Assembly: GCA_040544385.1 (NCBI GenBank)
Contig: JBEONR010000025.1
Coordinates: 30,883-94,882, forward strand
Reading direction: 5' to 3'
DNA length: 64,000 bases
Origin: Oxalobacteraceae bacterium GrIS 1.11
Lineage (GTDB): Bacteria; Pseudomonadota; Gammaproteobacteria; Burkholderiales; Burkholderiaceae_D
Shown here: piece by piece, positions 60,075 through 64,000 of the stretch
Numbering within the stretch: the first letter of the stretch is position 1
Layout of the letters: every line of letters starts with the position of its first letter
The notes under the pieces: generated by a model
The model's input: the letters and a program-made list of their open reading frames with translations, nothing else
What the model was told of the DNA's origin: nothing
Database searches by the model: none
Program-made: the position numbers and the translations under genes

Positions 60075-62336
60075 ATGATGCAAACCGCACGAGATAAAAT
60101 CCGCGAATTGCGCGCCCTGCACGACGATGGCTTGCTCAGCTTGCAGGAATTCGACCACCGCAAGAACGCCATCCTCGACGCCGCGTATGCGCCACCCCTT
60201 GCGCCCCTTGCGCGCCAGGGCACCGAACTGGGGTTGATGGCCGGCCAGGAAATCGGCCCGCAAAACCGGCGCTACCGGCTCGAACGCCTGATTGCGCTGG
60301 GCGGCATGGGCCAGGTGTGGCAAGCCACCGACCTGGCCACCCACGCGGAACTGGGCAGCAGCGAGATGGTGGCGCTGAAAATCCTGCCGCCGCAATTGAC
60401 CCAGAGCGCGACCCACGCCAAGCTGCTGATCGAGGAGGCGACCCAGGCCCGCAAGCTGGCGCACGAACATATCGTGCGGGTCTACGAATGGGCGCAAGAC
60501 CCGGCCACGTCCAGTTATTTCATCATCATGGAATGCCTGGAAGGCGAGGATCTCGACCATTACCTGAGCGCGCACGGGCCGCTGGCGCCGGACACCGTGC
60601 AGCAATTGCTGCGGCCGGTGGCCGACGCGCTGCAATACGCCTGGGACAAGCACAAGCTGGTACACCGCGACATCAAGCCGGGCAATGTCTTCCTGACGGC
60701 CAAGGGCGAGATCAAGCTGCTCGATTTCGGCATTGCTTCGCGCGTGCGCAACGCCGGCAGCAGCCTGGGCCTGCAGACGCCGAATGCCGGCACCACCGGT
60801 TACCGGGCGCCGGAAGCGGGCACCCATCAGCGCCAACCGAGTCCGCGCCTGGACGTCTACGCGCTTGCCGTGATGATTTACCAGATGTTGGAAGGCAAAA
60901 TGCCGTTTGACGATAGCCGCGTCGCCGGCCAGTTGCCGCCGGCACCGGCCGCGCTGAACGCGGCCCAGTGGCAGGCGCTGCAAAACGGCTTTTCGATGGC
61001 GCCGGAATTGCGCCCGCCGTCCGCGCTGGCGCTGCTGGACGGTTTGCTGCGCGCGGCCGGACCGTCCGAGCAAGAACTGGCCGAATTGGCGCAACAGGGG
61101 CGTGCGCGCGAAGAGCAGCGGCGCCGCGAATTGGCGGCCGGGGCCGAGCAAGCGCGCCTGCTCGAGCAGCAGCGCCAGGAACGGCAGGCGGCCCAGCGCA
61201 AGGCCGAGGCGCAGGCGGCGGCGCTCGAAAAACAACGCCTCGACGTCATCCGCAAGCAGCAGGAAGCCGTGCTGCACGCCGAAGCCGAGACGGCCCGCAA
61301 GGCGCGCAAGGAAACGCTGCGCGAACAATTGCGGATGCGGCGCGAAGCCGACGCCACCAAGGCCATGCAGGAGCAGCAAGAGCAGCAGCGCAAGGCCTTG
61401 CAACTGAAGGCCGAGGCGGCCTATCGGCACGAGCAGGAACGGGCCCGCAAGGACTTGGCCAGCCGCGCCGCCGCCGAACTGGCGCAGCAATTACCGACTG
61501 CGGGCAGTCCGGTGGCCGACGCCGACGGCGTGCTGCGCGACCGCTTCCTCGACGGCAGCGGGCGCGGGCCGGAACTGGTCTTGATTCCGACCGGGCGCTT
61601 TCAGATGGGTTCCCCCGAGCATGAGCGCAAGATCGCGATGGCGGCCGGCTCGCAGCAAACCTGGCTGGAGCGTGAAACGCCGCAGCACTGGGTCGGCATC
61701 GAGTCTTCCTTCGCGCTGGGGCGGCACCCGGTCAGCGTCGGCCAATGGCGCCAGTTCGCGCGTGCCACCGGCTGGCAATCGCATGCCGAGACAGACTGGG
61801 AGCAGCCCGGTTTCAGTCAGGACGACGAGCATCCGGTGGTCGGCGTGAGCTGGAACGACGTCCAATTGTACCTGCGCTGGCTGATCGCGCAGACCGGCCA
61901 ACGGTATCGCCTGCCCAGCGAGGCGGAGTGGGAATATGCCTGCCGCGCCGGCACCAAGACCGCCTTCAGCTTCGGCGACCGGATTAGCACCGATCACGCC
62001 AATTACGACGGCCATTACACTTACCATGGCAGCGCGCGCGGCTTGTACCGGGGCGGCACCAGCCGGGCCGGCACCTTCCAGCCCAATCCCTGGGGCTTGT
62101 ACGATATGCACGGCAATGTGTGGGAATGGGTGCAAGACGTGGTGCACGACAATTACGCGGGCGCGCCGACCGACGGTAGCGCGTGGGAAGAGGGCGGCGA
62201 CGCCAGCCGCCGCATCTTGCGCGGCGGCTCCTGGTTATACAATCCGCGTTATCTGCGCGCGGCCCTGCGCAACGGCTTTTCTGCGGTGCTCAGCAACGAC
62301 ATCGTCGGCTTCCGCGTGGCGCGCAATCTGGCATGA
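60075..62336 (+). CDS. Ser/Thr protein kinase fused to a C-terminal FGE-sulfatase (SUMF1/formylglycine-generating-enzyme-like) domain via a coiled-coil linker
   Basis: Kinase motifs VALKIL, HRDIKPGNVFL, DFGIA and GTTGYRAPE. C-terminal FGE-domain motifs …RLPSEAEWEYACRAG…, …HGNVWEWV…, RGGSW and GFRVAR. Confidence 0.85.
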   Translation: MMQTARDKIRELRALHDDGLLSLQEFDHRKNAILDAAYAPPLAPLARQGTELGLMAGQEIGPQNRRYRLERLIALGGMGQVWQATDLATHAELGSSEMVALKILPPQLTQSATHAKLLIEEATQARKLAHEHIVRVYEWAQDPATSSYFIIMECLEGEDLDHYLSAHGPLAPDTVQQLLRPVADALQYAWDKHKLVHRDIKPGNVFLTAKGEIKLLDFGIASRVRNAGSSLGLQTPNAGTTGYRAPEAGTHQRQPSPRLDVYALAVMIYQMLEGKMPFDDSRVAGQLPPAPAALNAAQWQALQNGFSMAPELRPPSALALLDGLLRAAGPSEQELAELAQQGRAREEQRRRELAAGAEQARLLEQQRQERQAAQRKAEAQAAALEKQRLDVIRKQQEAVLHAEAETARKARKETLREQLRMRREADATKAMQEQQEQQRKALQLKAEAAYRHEQERARKDLASRAAAELAQQLPTAGSPVADADGVLRDRFLDGSGRGPELVLIPTGRFQMGSPEHERKIAMAAGSQQTWLERETPQHWVGIESSFALGRHPVSVGQWRQFARATGWQSHAETDWEQPGFSQDDEHPVVGVSWNDVQLYLRWLIAQTGQRYRLPSEAEWEYACRAGTKTAFSFGDRISTDHANYDGHYTYHGSARGLYRGGTSRAGTFQPNPWGLYDMHGNVWEWVQDVVHDNYAGAPTDGSAWEEGGDASRRILRGGSWLYNPRYLRAALRNGFSAVLSNDIVGFRVARNLA

Positions 62337-62364
62337 TGGTCGCGCCGCCGGCAAACTCCCACCC

Positions 62365-63246
62365 TCACGCCATCACGGCGCAATGCTGGCCCAGCCAATC
62401 GCCGACCAGCGGCCACAGGATGGTTTCCTGGTTGGCCTTGAAAAAGCCGAAGTGGCCGATGCGCGGCAAATCGAATTGGCGCGGGTCGAGCACCCGGTAA
62501 TCGACTTGCGCGTTGCTGTAGGCTTCATGCAGCAGGCGCGAGCCCGATTCGAGCAGCAATTCGTCATCGCTGACAGTCACGCCCAGCACGGGGCAACTGA
62601 CGCGCGCATACGCTTCGCGCGCGCCCGGCTCGCCCGACAGCAGATAATCGGGCGTCAGGCACCAGCGTCGCCATTGCTGCATGGCGCGGCGCGGAATATC
62701 GCCGACGATCCCGATCCGCCGGCCTGGAAAATAGCCGAACAAGGCGCACAGCAGCGGTGTCAGCACATACCACAGCAGCGGCGTCGAGCGGCGCACCTTG
62801 GGCTGGTTGTGGCGCACCGCGCCGCTGCCGACAGCGATATTGATCAAGCCGGCGACCCGCGCTATCGACGGCAGCAGCGGCGCGGTCTGGCCGCCCAGGC
62901 TGTGACCGAGCACGAACAGCGGCAAGTCATCCGCTGCCGCATCCGCGCGCCGCAGCACCGCCTCGAAGTCGCGCGTGATCCAGTCTGAAATGTCGGCCTT
63001 GCAGTCTCGCATGGGGCCGCTTGCCGATTCGCCCATGCCGCGATAATCGAAAGTCCATACGCGGTAGCCCTGGCGCGCCAAAAAGGCGGCGAAATTGGCA
63101 TAAAACGTTTGCGGCACCGCCATCGCCGGGCCGATCACCAGATTGGCGCGGGCGGCCCGCTGCGGTTCGTGGCAATAGGCGGTCAAGGCGTGGCCGTCGT
63201 CGGATGTCAGGCTGTGGCGTGTGCGTGTCATGCGAATACCTATCAA
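62365..63246 (-). CDS. Alpha/beta-hydrolase-fold protein
   Basis: Nucleophile elbow GHSLGG. The start could instead be the internal Met at 63231. Confidence 0.8.
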   Translation of the reverse strand: MIGIRMTRTRHSLTSDDGHALTAYCHEPQRAARANLVIGPAMAVPQTFYANFAAFLARQGYRVWTFDYRGMGESASGPMRDCKADISDWITRDFEAVLRRADAAADDLPLFVLGHSLGGQTAPLLPSIARVAGLINIAVGSGAVRHNQPKVRRSTPLLWYVLTPLLCALFGYFPGRRIGIVGDIPRRAMQQWRRWCLTPDYLLSGEPGAREAYARVSCPVLGVTVSDDELLLESGSRLLHEAYSNAQVDYRVLDPRQFDLPRIGHFGFFKANQETILWPLVGDWLGQHCAVMA

Positions 63247-63875
63247 GAAGGAGAGCCGGAACGGCTCGGGTCGGTCGCCAGGCTGTGCCAGGCGGCGCGG
63301 CTCAATTCATCGACGGCGGCGCGCGGATCGAGGCTGATGCGCCCGCCCAGCCAGTGGCGCGATAATTCTTGCGCCGGTCCCATCATCAAGGGGCCGTACA
63401 GTTCAAATGGCAGGCGGCGCAGTATGCCTTGCTTGAACCAGGGCTTGAACAACTCGAACAAGGCCTTGAAATGGTCGGCGGTGCGTTGCCGGATGGCTTC
63501 CTCGTGGGCCGGGCTGACCGCTTGCCGCCGCGAAAACAGAAAGCGCGCCAATTCCGGCTTGGCCACGACCCAGCCGATATGGGTCTCGAGCAAGATGTGG
63601 ATGGCGCGCTCGGCGCTGGGCGCGGCCCTGGTGCGGGTAATCAGTTGCGTCCAATAATCGTCCAGCCCCTGGCAAAACAACGTCGCCGCGATATTTTCCT
63701 TGGTGCCGAAATGGTGGTAAATGCTACCCACCGAGGCCAGACTGCGCTGGCGGATATCGTCGATGGTGGTGGCCTCGATACCCTTTTCGGAAAACACCGC
63801 GAAGGCGGCGCTCAGGATGGCCGACTTGCGGTCGGCAAGCGGGGCGGTGTCGGGAGGGGTGTCGATTGTGTTCAT
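63243..63875 (-). CDS. TetR-family transcriptional regulator (its stop overlaps the hydrolase start by 4 nt)
   Basis: The N-terminal HTH …ILSAAFAVFSEKGIEATTIDDIRQRSLASVGSIYHHFGTKE…. Confidence 0.85.
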   Translation of the reverse strand: MNTIDTPPDTAPLADRKSAILSAAFAVFSEKGIEATTIDDIRQRSLASVGSIYHHFGTKENIAATLFCQGLDDYWTQLITRTRAAPSAERAIHILLETHIGWVVAKPELARFLFSRRQAVSPAHEEAIRQRTADHFKALFELFKPWFKQGILRRLPFELYGPLMMGPAQELSRHWLGGRISLDPRAAVDELSRAAWHSLATDPSRSGSPS

Positions 63876-64000
63876 GGGTGGAATGATGTTCTAGAATTTT
63901 TTTCTAGGGCGTTCTCAAAGACCAAGTGCAACACCTTCTCCTGTAAGGTGCCGCCATGGCGAAAATTTACAAACATTTGACTACTCAGGAGCGCGCCGTC

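Overview
High-GC (~65%) chromosomal segment, probably from a betaproteobacterium (Burkholderiales/Oxalobacteraceae-like; inferred from gene content, a PEP-CTERM protein and ureDABCEFG order). It is densely packed with genes on both strands. No rRNA, tRNA, CRISPR array, transposase or integrase was found.

Recognisable content, in order:
- Complete urease operon ureD-ureA-ureB-ureC-ureE-ureF-ureG (682-5775, +).
- Old-Yellow-Enzyme reductase and ArsR-family regulator, divergent from a guanidine-II (mini-ykkC) riboswitch placed directly in front of an SMR-family gdx/sugE exporter gene.
- A low-GC islet with a beta/gamma-crystallin-like gene.
- AstE/AspA-family hydrolase, pirin, azoreductase, LysR regulator, phosphatidylserine decarboxylase, cupin.
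- A six-gene thiazole/oxazole-type (TOMM/LAP-like) RiPP cluster on the minus strand (14356-21357). It comprises a 51-aa precursor peptide that is too short for the supplied ORF track, an E1/ThiF-like partner, a YcaO cyclodehydratase, a SagB-type dehydrogenase, an HExxH-TPR-ABC ATPase fusion and an ABC-2 permease.
- GMC oxidoreductase, DUF1501/DUF1800 pair, PEP-CTERM protein, DEAD-box helicase RhlE, Lon-N domain protein, KfrA-like coiled-coil protein, DUF1294, a second E. coli-type YcaO, TrpRS, EamA and MFS transporters, CheW.
- A low-GC lipoprotein with a (PT)n linker, an RNase H-like protein, orphan solute-binding proteins, and a detox/redox block (aldehyde dehydrogenase, DJ-1/PfpI, MDR oxidoreductase, GST, Fe-ADH with TetR and paired operators).
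- MepB and a secreted repeat protein.
- A tightly coupled seven-gene plus-strand cassette (50295-62336): a membrane-anchored PBP-transpeptidase-domain protein, four unknown proteins, a zinc-ribbon/SPFH-like/coiled-coil protein and a Ser/Thr kinase fused to an FGE-sulfatase domain.
- A tetR-alpha/beta-hydrolase pair at the 3' end.

Most of the other ORFs in the six-frame track are shadow ORFs typical of high-GC DNA.
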